A stretch of 64,000 nt of DNA from Fistulifera solaris. Taxonomy: Eukaryota. How positions within the stretch are numbered: the stretch's first letter is position 1; every line of letters starts with the position of its first letter. Under the pieces are notes generated by a model that saw only the letters and a list, made by a program, of their open reading frames with translations, searched no databases and was not told where the DNA came from. The stretch lies in assembly GCA_030295235.1 (NCBI GenBank), contig AP026130.1:124001-188000 (forward strand), given 5' to 3'. Of the stretch, positions 50,190 through 61,638 are shown piece after piece. Made by a program: the position numbers and the translations under genes.

Positions 50190-50651
50190 TTATTGATAAT
50201 AGGTGGCGTTTGATGTCGTTGCGAAATGCGTCTCTTCCTCTTGCCAATCGGGTTTGAGTGAATTGAGGAGCGTCGTACCCAAAGGTTCCAACACTTGTTT
50301 CAACAATGGAATCGCCGTCGAACGAACGGCACCGAGATTGCTCGATTCGCCACACAGTATCGTAATCACCAGTGGGCCTTGATACAAATGAATCAATGTC
50401 CCATGATCATAGATTGCCGTCGCTTGCTGCACTTTCCCTAGACCCAGGACAGAAAATTGTTTCGACGCCGGTGCCCATACCGATTCAATCGATGCCAGAA
50501 TTTCTTCATTTAAGGGAGTGTTTAGAATACGACCCAACGGGACACCTTCCGTCGTCGACAAGAGAATGGCACGAATGTCAGCCCCGCAGGGGTGACAGCG
50601 TCGGACGATTTCTTGCAAACTGCTTTGTAAGGAAATTGGCAACAGTGACAT
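50190..50651 (-). CDS. LAMTOR3: Ragulator subunit LAMTOR3 (MP1; roadblock fold)
   Basis: AILLSTTEGVPLG, ASKQFSVLGLGK, YDHGTLIH, PLVITIL...SNLG. Confidence 0.8.
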   Translation of the reverse strand: MSLLPISLQSSLQEIVRRCHPCGADIRAILLSTTEGVPLGRILNTPLNEEILASIESVWAPASKQFSVLGLGKVQQATAIYDHGTLIHLYQGPLVITILCGESSNLGAVRSTAIPLLKQVLEPLGTTLLNSLKPDWQEEETHFATTSNATYYQ

Positions 50652-50822
50652 TTTGGTTCCTGTAGTATTGCTGCGTCCTTACTTAAGTCGTGATAGCCAC
50701 CGAACAGGTACCGTATCAAAGGATGCTGCAAGGGGTTTTGATTCTAATAAACCCCACTAACATCTCTCTCAGTTTTTCGCATTTTCTTTGCGTGTCTCCG
50801 GGTGTCTTCCAACAGTCATGAC

Positions 50823-51121
50823 TCATGACTGAAATGCAGTCGTGATAACCGTAAACTTTCACTTTGTCCTATAGTAAAAAATGGCATCTGATCCACACAG
50901 GTTTATCAAGGCGTACAACTATAAGTAACACTACATCAAATTGCATGATTAATCGAAAAGACAGTCTACGCTCACGAAGCGCGAAGATTACTTGGTGGTA
51001 ACGAAGGAGAGGGATCGAACAAATTGGATTCATGACTGAAATGCAGTCGTGATAACCGTAAACCGTCACTTTGTCCTATAGTAAAAAATGGCATCTGATC
51101 CACACAGGTTTATCAAGGCGT
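50823..51121. repeat. 92-bp direct duplication (50823..50914 and 51030..51121) starting with a 23-bp imperfect palindrome
   Basis: TCATGACTGAAATGCAGTCGTGATAACCGTAAAC...TTTATCAAGGCGT occurs twice with 2 mismatches. Confidence 0.95.
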
Positions 51122-51603
51122 GCGATCGTAAGAAATGCCGATTCAGCTTGCTCTGTAGTCAAGAGATGATTAAGTAACGAAGCTTGCAGAACAATTGGTT
51201 GAATGCATGCTCAAACGCTTATACGGAGTAAAGACTTTTGATGACTCATGACTGCAATAATGCAGTCGTGACGTCGTACAACCAACATAAAAGCCTTTGA
51301 ACTTGAAATTGGCAATAAAATGCGCATTTACCAAATCTAATAGACTAGTCTAGTCTCTAGAAATGGTTTGTGGTCTATTTTGTGGAGTTCTTTCAGAATT
51401 TGTATGTTCATTGTTACATTTGAAAAGGGAAATAATGTGCCGCGCGGTACCGTAACGACATGAGATGGTTTTAGGGCCGAGGCATCGCGAAGACACGCAC
51501 GCTTTTTTATCCGTTTCTGATTAATTGGTTTTACTGTAGCACTACTTGTTCTTCTTACCATCGCTTTGGAATCCATCACCGCAAATAACTTACATACTCT
51601 ATA

Positions 51604-53131
51604 ATGGAAGGCCCCGACGAGCCGGAGGCAGCGGTTCCTCGCGACACGGTTCCAGAAACGGTCCCTACCGAAGATGACATCGTTATTGCACCTGCCGAAA
51701 CGACCAAGACGGATGACTCTTTTCTCACCGTCGATCAAGCTCGAGATCGTCTAGAAAGTAAATTACAGCAATCATCCAATGGTAGCAGTGAAGACAGCAA
51801 AGACGCTTTATTATTTGACTCCATCCAACTCATATTGAAAGATCATGATCATTTGAAAGAAAAAGTGGGCAAACTGAAATCGCTATTGGGTCGATCGGCG
51901 AAAGCCCAACGGGAAACGAAAGTCGAAATGGATGCGACACAGAAACGGTTGGATCAAGCTCTTGCGGAAGTGCAAAAATTGCAACAAAAGATGGAGAAAT
52001 TATCCAATCGACCGTCTCATATGGTACGCCTTAGTGTTTTTTGAATCATTTGTCGGGTCTTTTTCATTCGCGCTCGGTTGTGACAAGGACGTGTAACTCA
52101 TCAGTTTCTTATTTTGTGTCTATGAATGTTAGGAGTTACTGGCCGACTTTGAAGCCAACTTTGATCGGGCGTTACTGTCGGTGGGGTTACAACAACCGCC
52201 ACCCTCGGCTACTACAGAAGATCCGGTGGAACCTAAAGAAGCTGTTGTTGATTCTTTATTAATAAAGGAAATGGCCGAAGCGAAACAACGGATTGAAAAA
52301 TTAGAAAAATTAAATGCTACATTGGCGGCACGATCGGCACAATTGGAAGTCGAATTGTCAGAACAAGTACGGCAATGTCAGGAATGGCATCAGAAAGTCA
52401 CTCATTTGGAACTCGAAAAACGCATGGCCGTTTTAGAAGCCGATACTGCTACGAAAGAATTGCAACGGAAAGTAGTGGAACTACAAGACATGCAAATGGA
52501 ATTGGATCTGGTCACGAAAGCATCGGTGCGGGCGAATGCCATGGCGGCTGTGGGGGAAGAAATTCGGAAAAAAGAAAAGGCGGAACGACAGCAAATACAG
52601 CAATTGGAGGCCAAAGTACAGGCTTTGCAGGAATGGGCGTTGGCGTCGTCGGAAGCAAAATCGTTGGCACAAGAACAGGTCCGGGTATTGGAACAGCAAG
52701 TGCGGGCGTTGCAGAGGAGTTCTAATGGACATTCGTCCAAAGAAGAAGATCGGCAATTGTTTAAAGATCACGGCTCGTTTGTCATTGGGGCCGGGGAAAT
52801 GGCGGTGCGGGTCTTTACGTTAACGACTGAGCAGATCAAATCGATCCGTTTGTCGGATCGCGTGGTGTTACGGTGGCACTTTGATTTGACGTCGCCCGAA
52901 GCGACTCTCCCCTTTCATTTGATTCGAGGCGCTTGCGAAACACCCGCCTCGCGACAGGGTGCCGATTACATTATCCAAAATCGCATGGTCCAAGGAGGAG
53001 CCGAAGGTGAGGCCGATAACGCATTTACACATCAGAAATCTTGCACCATTGTTTGGGACAATTCATCCTCGTGGATTCGACCCAAAACAGTCAAGTACAC
53101 AGTAGAAGCTATTGTCGTAGAAGATGACTAA
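51604..53131 (+). CDS. Coiled-coil protein with C-terminal GOLD domain; intron 52024..52132
   Basis: Long heptad region, then VVLRWHF...IVWDNSSSWIRPKTVKYTVE (GOLD signature). ATG|GTACG...TTAG|GAG keeps frame. Confidence 0.85.
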
Positions 53132-53250
53132 AGTTAAATGCAAAACATTTTGTTTTTCGTCTTGTAAGGCGTGTAGTCTCTAGTATTAGTATATTAACGT
53201 CGCAGTGCTGGAAATGGCTTTTCTGGTTCGTTCTTGGTCGTTCTGTACGT

Positions 53251-54187
53251 TTATTGCATAGCTTCTCCACGAGCCTTACTGGATCGGTCTTTCACCCACG
53301 AAGTACCACCCACGGAACTGATGCAAGGAGCTTTCCCAATGTAGGGAAAGTCGGGCACGGAAATGGCATCCAAACAGAACTGCGCAACATCGGCTCGAGC
53401 AATGGACCCGGCTTCTCCTTCAATGACATTAATGACACCCGTGGGAGGATCGACGGTCAATCCTCCCGGACGAACAATACAATACTCGAGACCACTCGCC
53501 TTGACTACTTTCTCTTGTTCATTCTTGTCCTTGAAAATCTTGGACATGACCGTTTTCATGAGAATCTTGAACATGAACGGCGCTTGATTTTCCGAGTCAC
53601 CCGCTCCAATGGACGTGACGACCGCGAGACGCTTCACTCCGTTTTCTTTCATGGCCGCAATGACATTTTTGGTTCCATCCGTCAACATGGTATCACCCAC
53701 ATCGGAGGTCTTTCCGCCGAGAGCGACCACTACACCGTCAATCTTTTGCGCGGCAAAGACCTTGTCGACGTCGGCCTTGTTTGTGACATCACCACCAATG
53801 ACTGTCAAGTTGGGATTCGAGAGTGTTTGATCTGCGTTGGCACCGCCAGATCCTTTGGGAATTTTGAGTTTCGAGGGATTGCTGTTAAACGAAAAGGAGG
53901 GAAGGAATGAGAGAGAACGCCAAAAATGTCAGAAAGTTACCCACGGCAGCCCATACAGCTACAACAGGAAACAACAGGACGTACCGCGTCAAACCGACTA
54001 CAGTGTCACCATTTTCGAGAGCCTGATACACACATTCGGACGCCGTCAATCCGGAAGCTCCAAACACGGCAATATTGGCCATATCGAGCTGCGTGTTGCT
54101 TCGAGTGGGGCGAAATGCCGTAGGAAACGCCGTCGAAGACGACGCGAAAAGAGCAAAAAATAGGCCGGTAGATTGAATCAATTTCAT
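53251..54187 (-). CDS. Plastid-targeted NAD(P)-binding Rossmann protein (flavin reductase/BLVRB-like atypical SDR); intron 53882..53984
   Basis: Presequence SSSTA-F; IAVFGASGLTA; GDVTN; DGTKNVIAAMK; TSIGAGDS; IVRPGGLT; IARADVAQF. Confidence 0.9.
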
Positions 54188-54413
54188 AATGAAAGGATAT
54201 TGTTGTATGGAAATGGATAAAACCAATGAGATATTGTTGAATAAAGACAAGGCAAAGTAGTGATGCAAATGAGGTTTTTATGTTGTTGTCGTTTGATGAC
54301 GACGAAAGATTTCTGCAAACTAACGACACCGCTAACCCTAAAGTATAAAACTGCAAAAAAACAAACTTTAGCAAAATAGCGTTTCAAAATAGCGTTTCAA
54401 AGCGTCGCCTTTA

Positions 54414-55294
54414 CTAATTATAGCCTCGGTAATTATAATCCGCCAAGATCTCCTCACCTTCTTGTATCTCCTTTACCGCTATGGCATCATAGCCCTTGCC
54501 AAAGCGCATATTCACTTTCTGAAGCAGTATCCGCCGTTCCCCGGCATCATTCACGTCAAAAGCGGGATCATTGGTAAAATGCAAACCAAGTCGCCAGGGA
54601 TAACCCATTCCGCCTACCGCATCCACGTCTAATAACTGATACGGCGATCCCTTGTTGCGACGCGGAGGACGTTGTCCCCAGTAGTAACCGATCAGGGTCA
54701 CCCACGGCAAACGTTCGAGCGGCAAACAGTCCATAATGAGCGTCTTCCAGGGTCGATTTTGCCACAAACAACCATGGGACGTGTATCGGTTGATGATCCC
54801 CCAGTCTAACAATCAAATGCAGTAAGGCGACATCATCCTTGGCAAAGCGGAAATCATTGCTGCCCCAGGGTGTCCATGCATACAACTTCCCCGCTTGTTT
54901 GCTTTGTTGATTGGTATTGATTTTGTCAATTTGACCCAGCTGGTCTAACGTGTCTTGCACAGCTTGCTCTACAGTTTTCCTCGGATTATCCTCCGATACG
55001 GATAACACTTTACGTTTCGGTGGCCATTTCAACAAATGATCCAACTGGTCTTTTCGGGCCTGCGAAGCGGCCAGCGCCGAACGGAGTTCCTCTTGCTCCA
55101 AGTACAGCTTGGCTCTCAAACTATCACTAAGGGTAAAACCAATTTTCCATCCGTGTTTTTTGGCGCGTTTTCGCAGTGCAAGATTGTTGCTGCATTCATG
55201 GCCGCACTCCTTGCATTCAAAATGCGTGCCTTTCAGTTCAAAATAATCCTCCCAAGTCCTTTCTCCGACGGGGGCTCTGTATTAAGGCGCTCAT
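54414..55294 (-). CDS. SET-domain protein with N-terminal BED/C2H2-like zinc finger; frameshifts near 55272 and 54696 (possibly a pseudogene)
   Basis: WEDYF..HFECKECGHEC..LRKRAKKH; then VAKSTL..AHYGLFAARTF..G..IGYYWG, HFTNDP, AVKEIQEGEEILADYNY. Confidence 0.7.
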
Positions 55295-55985
55295 TTTTTA
55301 ACAATCAGTCATTTGGTTTCGTGTAAGCCTTACCTGGTAGATGGAAGAATGAATCATCAATGGTCAATGGCAACAGGACGTGTTGTTAACGGAATGAAGT
55401 AATGAGAAATGCTGGAATGTCGCAACGCTGTACTCTACCTACTCGCGGAATGTGTCGTAAAGAGGTCAGACTGCGGCAGGCGGAAGTGACAAAAAACCAG
55501 AAGATTTTTTCCATAATGTCAGTACCTGTTATGATGTTTTCTTTACTCAAAAATCTATACTTAATTTTTGAAATGGCATTGCTTCCCTAATTAATGGATT
55601 CAAATGTCACACTTTTCTTTTTTTACACTTAGAGGATCGTCCACGGCGCATCTTGGTGGGCAAGATCGCACAGCAACTGCCTTATTTCCAAAGCGAGAAC
55701 CGCGGTATTTCACGACGACAGAAAGCATTTATTTGCAAAAACCCTTGTGGAGAAAAGCCTTTGAATCATCAAGTGTTTGAACCACTCGGTTGTTGCTACG
55801 TTTCTCTCTTCTTACCATTGTCATTGTAACAAAAAAAGCGCAGCTGAGTGCTCTCGCTTGTCGGGGAAGTAGGGTGTTGACAGACTCGAGCGCTCATTCA
55901 AGATCTCTCTTTGCGGTGACGGCGGAAATCTCCCACTCGTCTCGTTCCTTCCGTTTGAGAACGACTCCATAAATATTACTCCGTC

Positions 55986-57288
55986 ATGAATGTATCACCT
56001 CGAACACTTGCAAAAGGTACTTGGGAACCGGAAAGTGGGATAGTTACTATGAATGGTTTGAAGGAAAGCCTCCCCGAAATATCCCGTGACTGTAAATGGC
56101 ATGTAGGGCAGCTCGTAGAAGTTGCGCCTCGAACATGGCCAGGGTACGTCTTTTTCTTTCGAATGTACAACTTTGTATCTACAAATACCTCATGTTCATA
56201 CTCCTGTTTGCAGTCAAAATCGTCCGGGAGGTCACGGACGCATTACCCACGTGCACGTGGATAAGAACGGTATTTGCAAGTTGGATATCAAATACATCAT
56301 AGGGGTAGGGACGGATTTGCGACTCGATGAGCATTACGTCACACCGTATGAAGAACCAACTTCCCGCGTTCGTAGTCGTCGTCAAGTCTCTCCAGAAGCT
56401 GTCGTCGTCCAAGAAGACAATAAGGAAAACAAAAAGGGTGAAAAGCGTTCTCGCACTGACCCTTCGCAGCAGCGAAAGAAGAACACCGAATCCGAGCAGG
56501 CCAAGCGTACATTGAATTTTCCGGCTTTGCGTTCCAAGAAGAAAGTCATGAAGAAATCAGGAAAGAAGCGACAGTCGACAGACCCGACCGAGGCCTTGTC
56601 GGAGGATGTCGAACGTGGACGGCGCCGATTGTCGAACGGAATTCCGCGTGTGATCGCTTGCGAAGAGGGCAAAAAAACCTTCTTGTCGCCACTGAACGAC
56701 TTTTCCAAGTTGAACAATAGTCATAAGAAGAAAAACCACCAAACTGTCTCTCCAGATGACGTTTTCGATGGTGAATCATTGAGTTCCGTGGGCGACAAAT
56801 ACGACGTTGACATGCCAGATGTCGAGCAGGCCGAGGCAGTCAGTGAAGCGTCCAAGAGTCCTGTTTCCCGCACCAAGCCATTGATGCGTGGAGATCTGAA
56901 CGCAGAACATGTCAATGTGGATTCGATGCGCGTTTCACAACCGATGAACAACTTGGAACGAATTCAACAGGCTCAGGTTGATGTCGCTAAAAGGTTTGTC
57001 AACGAAGTCGTTCAGCATAGTGAAGCGAAAGATGTATCACCATGCGATGGACCGTCTCCGGAACAACTTGCTAGAGAGCAACTATTCGATTCCTGCTTAA
57101 TCTATGTGTTCGACATGAATGATCAGTACGTCAGCGAAGATGACGTACTTCGTTTGGTGAACGAGCGTCGGATTGCGGAACACAGCGGTGCTGCTCCCTT
57201 TGAGCCCGAAGAAGTGGAGGCATACCTGGAGTCTCTGGTTTGTAAAAATCGCATCATGAAGGCCGACGGAATGGTCTTCTTCCTCTAA
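55986..57288 (+). CDS. Hypothetical nuclear protein: N-terminal SH3/Tudor-like module and C-terminal MCM3-type winged-helix-like tail; intron 56144..56213
   Basis: WHVGQLVEV.PRTWPG|QNRPGGHGRITHV...DIKYIIG; basic NLS-like middle; FEPEEVEAYLESL..KNRIMKADGMVFFL*. Confidence 0.65.
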
Positions 57289-57552
57289 GGCGCTACTTTG
57301 TTTCGTCAGGAGATTCGATTCTTCTTTTGAAACTGTACGATACGAAATGCATATGTAATACGGACATTATTGCCATATATATCACAGCTATCGTTGTAGT
57401 TTGTGCTGTGTCTTTTTATATATTTAGCCCCATTTTTACGTAGAGGAATCATCACTAAATAACTTGAGAGTAGAGCTTAAATTGCAATGAGCGCTTAACC
57501 GCATAGCAGAAGCTCATTCCTTTTCATCTTTATTACATTTTTACTAATCTAG

Positions 57553-58051
57553 CTAGTCATCTTCTTCCACTCGTTCGACGAATTGCGAAGGATCAAAATC
57601 AGGAATGGGAGGAGTCCACACGGGAAGCTGTCGCCACGGTGGCGGCATGGTTGTGTTTATCGAAAGTGCCGCATCCCGCAGAGGACTTTTGCGTGGTAAC
57701 ATGCGAATCGCGTGTTGCTTCAAATGAATTTTGCACGTCAAATCGTGATCAATCTCGTTGTGTTGGCGAAAGCGTCCGATGACATGATTTCGTCCAATAT
57801 GGTAACGCCGTTCCTTTTCTTCTTCCGAAATCGCTGGCTCGATTTTCATCGGGGCATCGAGCGCCGCCATGACCATTTTCATGTTCTTACTCGCCATACT
57901 ATCTTGTTCGGCGCCTCCGGTTCCCTTTTTCTTCTTCTTGTTGGCTTTTTTGTTGTTTGCGTTTGGGGGCTTCCGGATCGACGGCGAAACAGCGTATTGG
58001 TTGTCGTAGTACTCGCGATCGGCCTTGATTCAGACGCAATGCAGTGAACAT
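57553..58051 (-). CDS. Probable mitochondrial ribosomal protein mL40; frameshift near 57950
   Basis: Mitochondrial presequence MFTALRLNQGRSRVLRQPIRCFA; AIRMLP...LRDAAL; PPPWRQLPVWTPPIPDF. Confidence 0.65.
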
Positions 58052-58901
58052 GATAATGGTAACGTTTGTCAGTGGAAGGCTTATGGAAGATGAACGATGA
58101 TAGGAAAGGTCGAGGAAGTGAGAAATGCTGTTGTTATTGCGTGACAATGAGAGGTTTTCATAGATGTGTTGCGACAGGTGACAGACAGACGCATACACGG
58201 AGTAGAAGATTTTTGTAGTTGTTACTTTTTGGCATTATCATCAACCGAACGTGGTATGCAGATGTTGTTAAGGATGTAGTCTAAGTTGTATGGAGTAATA
58301 GAATTAATTGTGGTTTACCAAGTTAGAAGAACGAACGGGGCTTGAAGCTTGAACCGTTGGCTCAACTAACTATAATATCATTCATGACTGAAATGCAGTC
58401 GTGATAAAAAGTCGTCTTCTTTTTAGACCTATAGTAATCAAACTACTACGCACCAGGTACGGACGACAAGACTGACTTTTGCTTTTATCGACGGCGGGAC
58501 AAGCCAATATTCTTCGAAGCCGGGACACGAGAGAAATAACAGATGATAAAAACGAGGCACATAATCATCGGCGTGCATTGCAAACGCTACTGAACGTAAT
58601 TTTACCCCAATCCAGACAATGTAGCTTACCAAGCTAGCAGACCAAGTTGTGCTTTGATTAAGTCCGGCTCAGATTGATCACTTTTTGGGCTGCAGTAGTA
58701 CGGGGCGTCGTAGGCGGCAACCATTCTTTATACCGCCTTATCATTTTCACTTGCCCAACGTTTCCAGCACTCAACCAATTTTCGAAAGCAGCAAGCTTTG
58801 CCCTACGAATTTCGATTTTGCGAGGATAGAGCAAAGCAGACACTCATGCGTTATGAGGAGTTACGTGTTACGTTATGCTATGAGAAAGACAACTCGAAAA
58901 A

Positions 58902-60173
58902 TCAGTGTCTCAAATTGGTCCGCTGGGCATTGGATTCCCAGTGAGAATATGATTTGATCGTGGGCTCTGCCACTCGATTTTGCATTCTACTGTACACCCA
59001 TAATGAAAACGGACGATTCTTTCTTGGATGCTTGGGGGCGTATGACTGTTTCTTGTCTACGGCAACACCGCTCGTGACCTGCAGAGGCAATGTTTTGGCC
59101 TTCTTCTGATTCATGACAATCAGATCATTGTCCGCAAAAAGCTTTTCAGTATCACTGCTGTCATGGTGCAGTCTCGGTCTCTTTCGGCAGCTCATGAGCG
59201 CCAGGGCGACAGACGCTACGTCAGCTTCCAGCATGGATATAGCGTGAAGCTTGCGGTGAAATGTTGCAGCAGAGTCTTTTTCCTCCTTATTTGGTGGCGC
59301 CACGGATGCAGCTCTCTCATTCTGCGCTGGTAATAGGCTTGTATCAACATCTGATACCCGCTCGGTTCGAGTGTCGGCAGCAATATGCTCAACCCTGGAT
59401 GTCTCGCTCGTTGTTACTAGAGATGACACTCCTGACCGCACGGTTCCTTCCATATCCTTTGAGGAGGTCATTTCTTTGATGGATCGTTTTCTCGCAACCC
59501 ATACAAATCCAATCTGATCGAGTAGTTGTTGCTTGTCCTGGCCCAGCTTTCCGGACATCTTGCACGATCGTTGATTATGAATCCAAGTCCTCAGTTCTTT
59601 GTCTTCGGAAGCAGAGACTTTGAAGGTTCCTTTTCGTTCTTTAAAAGCAACACATCGCTGGTACATATCCATCCACTGCTTATTGGTTCGTGTTCTCCAG
59701 ACAAACCCCAGTTCATTCAAAAGCTGCTCTCGATCCGGCCGTAACGTGCCGGCGCGTTGACAATCATTTTGTGTTCGAATCCACGTGTGCAGTTCCTTGT
59801 TCTCTGTAACGGGTACCTGAACATGACCGTTGCTTTGTTTAAATTCCACCAACTGCTGGTATCGATCCATCCACGGTACTGTCGTTTTGATTGTATCTGG
59901 TTTTCTCCACGTGAACCCCAAATCATTCAAAAGCTGTTCGCGATCCTGTCGCATCTTCCCGGCTCGTTGCATCGATCGTTGATTGAGAACCCACACCGCC
60001 AGTGAGTTATCCTCGAAAGATTTCGGGACTCGGCAATGTCCATGAACTTGATGAAAGGCTTGGAGTTTTTGATAGACCTCCATCCACGTCTTATCCATGG
60101 CTTCCATGCGAAGGTCCGGTGGTGCTTGTCTCGTCTCGGATGACGTTGCTCGCAATGGATCTCCGGCGCACAT
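58902..60173 (-). CDS. Helicase-associated (HA) repeat protein, three HA domains, no helicase core
   Basis: Three repeats of W...Y..L..F...HGH..VP.....L..W...QR.......L...R..LL..LGF.W. Confidence 0.88.
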   Translation of the reverse strand: MCAGDPLRATSSETRQAPPDLRMEAMDKTWMEVYQKLQAFHQVHGHCRVPKSFEDNSLAVWVLNQRSMQRAGKMRQDREQLLNDLGFTWRKPDTIKTTVPWMDRYQQLVEFKQSNGHVQVPVTENKELHTWIRTQNDCQRAGTLRPDREQLLNELGFVWRTRTNKQWMDMYQRCVAFKERKGTFKVSASEDKELRTWIHNQRSCKMSGKLGQDKQQLLDQIGFVWVARKRSIKEMTSSKDMEGTVRSGVSSLVTTSETSRVEHIAADTRTERVSDVDTSLLPAQNERAASVAPPNKEEKDSAATFHRKLHAISMLEADVASVALALMSCRKRPRLHHDSSDTEKLFADNDLIVMNQKKAKTLPLQVTSGVAVDKKQSYAPKHPRKNRPFSLWVYSRMQNRVAEPTIKSYSHWESNAQRTNLRH

Positions 60174-60794
60174 CGTTGTTGATAGTATGAACTGTCAGTG
60201 CACAATATGCTTGTTTTTATTGAATGCTTTCCTTTCCAGGAGAATGTTGTGTGGATTGAAAAGAGTTTTTATCAGTTTCACGCAACGAGAAAATGCTTTT
60301 GCGAAACTCATACGTCACCTGACATCATGTCTTCGAACCTCAAATTGGGTCCACGTCAGCACAAACGTCAGCTTTGGCTGGATGTACTGTTTCCATGGAT
60401 ACCAACTGACGTGTCATGACTGAGATTCAATCGTGGCAATGTTCTTTGACACGTTTGGTTGTTGCGGAGGTGAATCTTCGCAGCGCGGGGTCATCTTTCT
60501 CGAAACTCTTTCGAAGTTCGATGCGAGCTTCGTCCTTGTCAACTGCCAACTACTACCAGGTATAGACCTATGAAAGACGGCGTTTTAGTAAACGTTTCAC
60601 GCCTATTCTAGAAAGTACTGTATGATGCAATGTTCAAAAGCGCGAGATTTAGTCACTCTCTAGAGCTAAAGCCGAGTTGTTACAAATTCCCTTATATAGG
60701 TTCGACCTACATTCGAAGTCAAAAACGACAAGCTAGGGCTCTAAATGTGATTCTTACTTGTATACAAGCACAACTTATTTTTTCTCTCCTGTTT

Positions 60795-61638
60795 TTACGA
60801 AAGCTGATCGATCAATGAACTTCGAATATCCGTCACAATGCTCGACGGTTGTCCCGATTGTTGTCCCGCCGCGGCTTGCAATCTAAAAATACTTTCAATC
60901 ACCGAAACTTCAGTTCCAGTGGTATCCAAGCCACAAAACGCTTTCCAATCATTGACCACCATTCCACCTCCCAGTACATCGGAACCACGATTCACTGTCC
61001 CGGCGACCAACGGCACTTGCAACAACGACGAGAGTTCTTCCATATCTTCCACGGTCGTTCGTGCATGCACCATACCACCCTGATTGGTGAATTTGCTGTA
61101 ACTGCCCACCAGTGCTTGTCCACCGACGGTTTGTCGAAAGACTTCCACGCCCAACACATCGGCAATGACATCTTCCGTCTCACGGTCCGTATCGGGATGC
61201 ACCAAGGCAACGTGATCGTTCGTGGCAATAATATTCCCCAACGCCGACAAACGCTCTTCAATGCGTTGGACGACGACCGCGTCCGGCAGCGAGTTGCGCA
61301 AATGTTGCAATTCCAGGTCGGTCGTCGTGTTGGGAACGAGCAATCCGCGGCGATTGCCGGCGGTTGTGCGACCGACAAAGCGATTGCCGCCTATGGTGGC
61401 GTGAATGACGGGAATGTGGGAAGCCAATTCGGCTTCAAATATGGAATAAAAGTTTTCCGAAAAGCCGATTCCTGTTCCAGAAGAGAAATGAGTCCTATTC
61501 GAATGAATCGATAGATCGATAGAATGTACATTGATGCTTCTTCACTAATCTTCACGTACCGGTCAAACAGTAAGAGTTGGTCAAGGCCGCAAATACACCA
61601 ATCTCATTGGAGTTTTCAAAAGCACATCGTGTCACCAT
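60795..61638 (-). CDS. EIF6: Eukaryotic translation initiation factor 6; intron 61472..61559
   Basis: [76 protein letters not shown]. Confidence 0.97.

Noticed and set aside
50817..51272. CRISPR-like array (palindromic repeat with spacers)
   Set aside because: Eukaryotic context, only three copies, about 185-nt intervals that are partly duplicated, and no cas genes.
53254..53910. Long antisense ORFs (also 60849..61514, 34085..34534, 24726..25217)
   Set aside because: Shadow frames opposite conserved genes, with no domain features.
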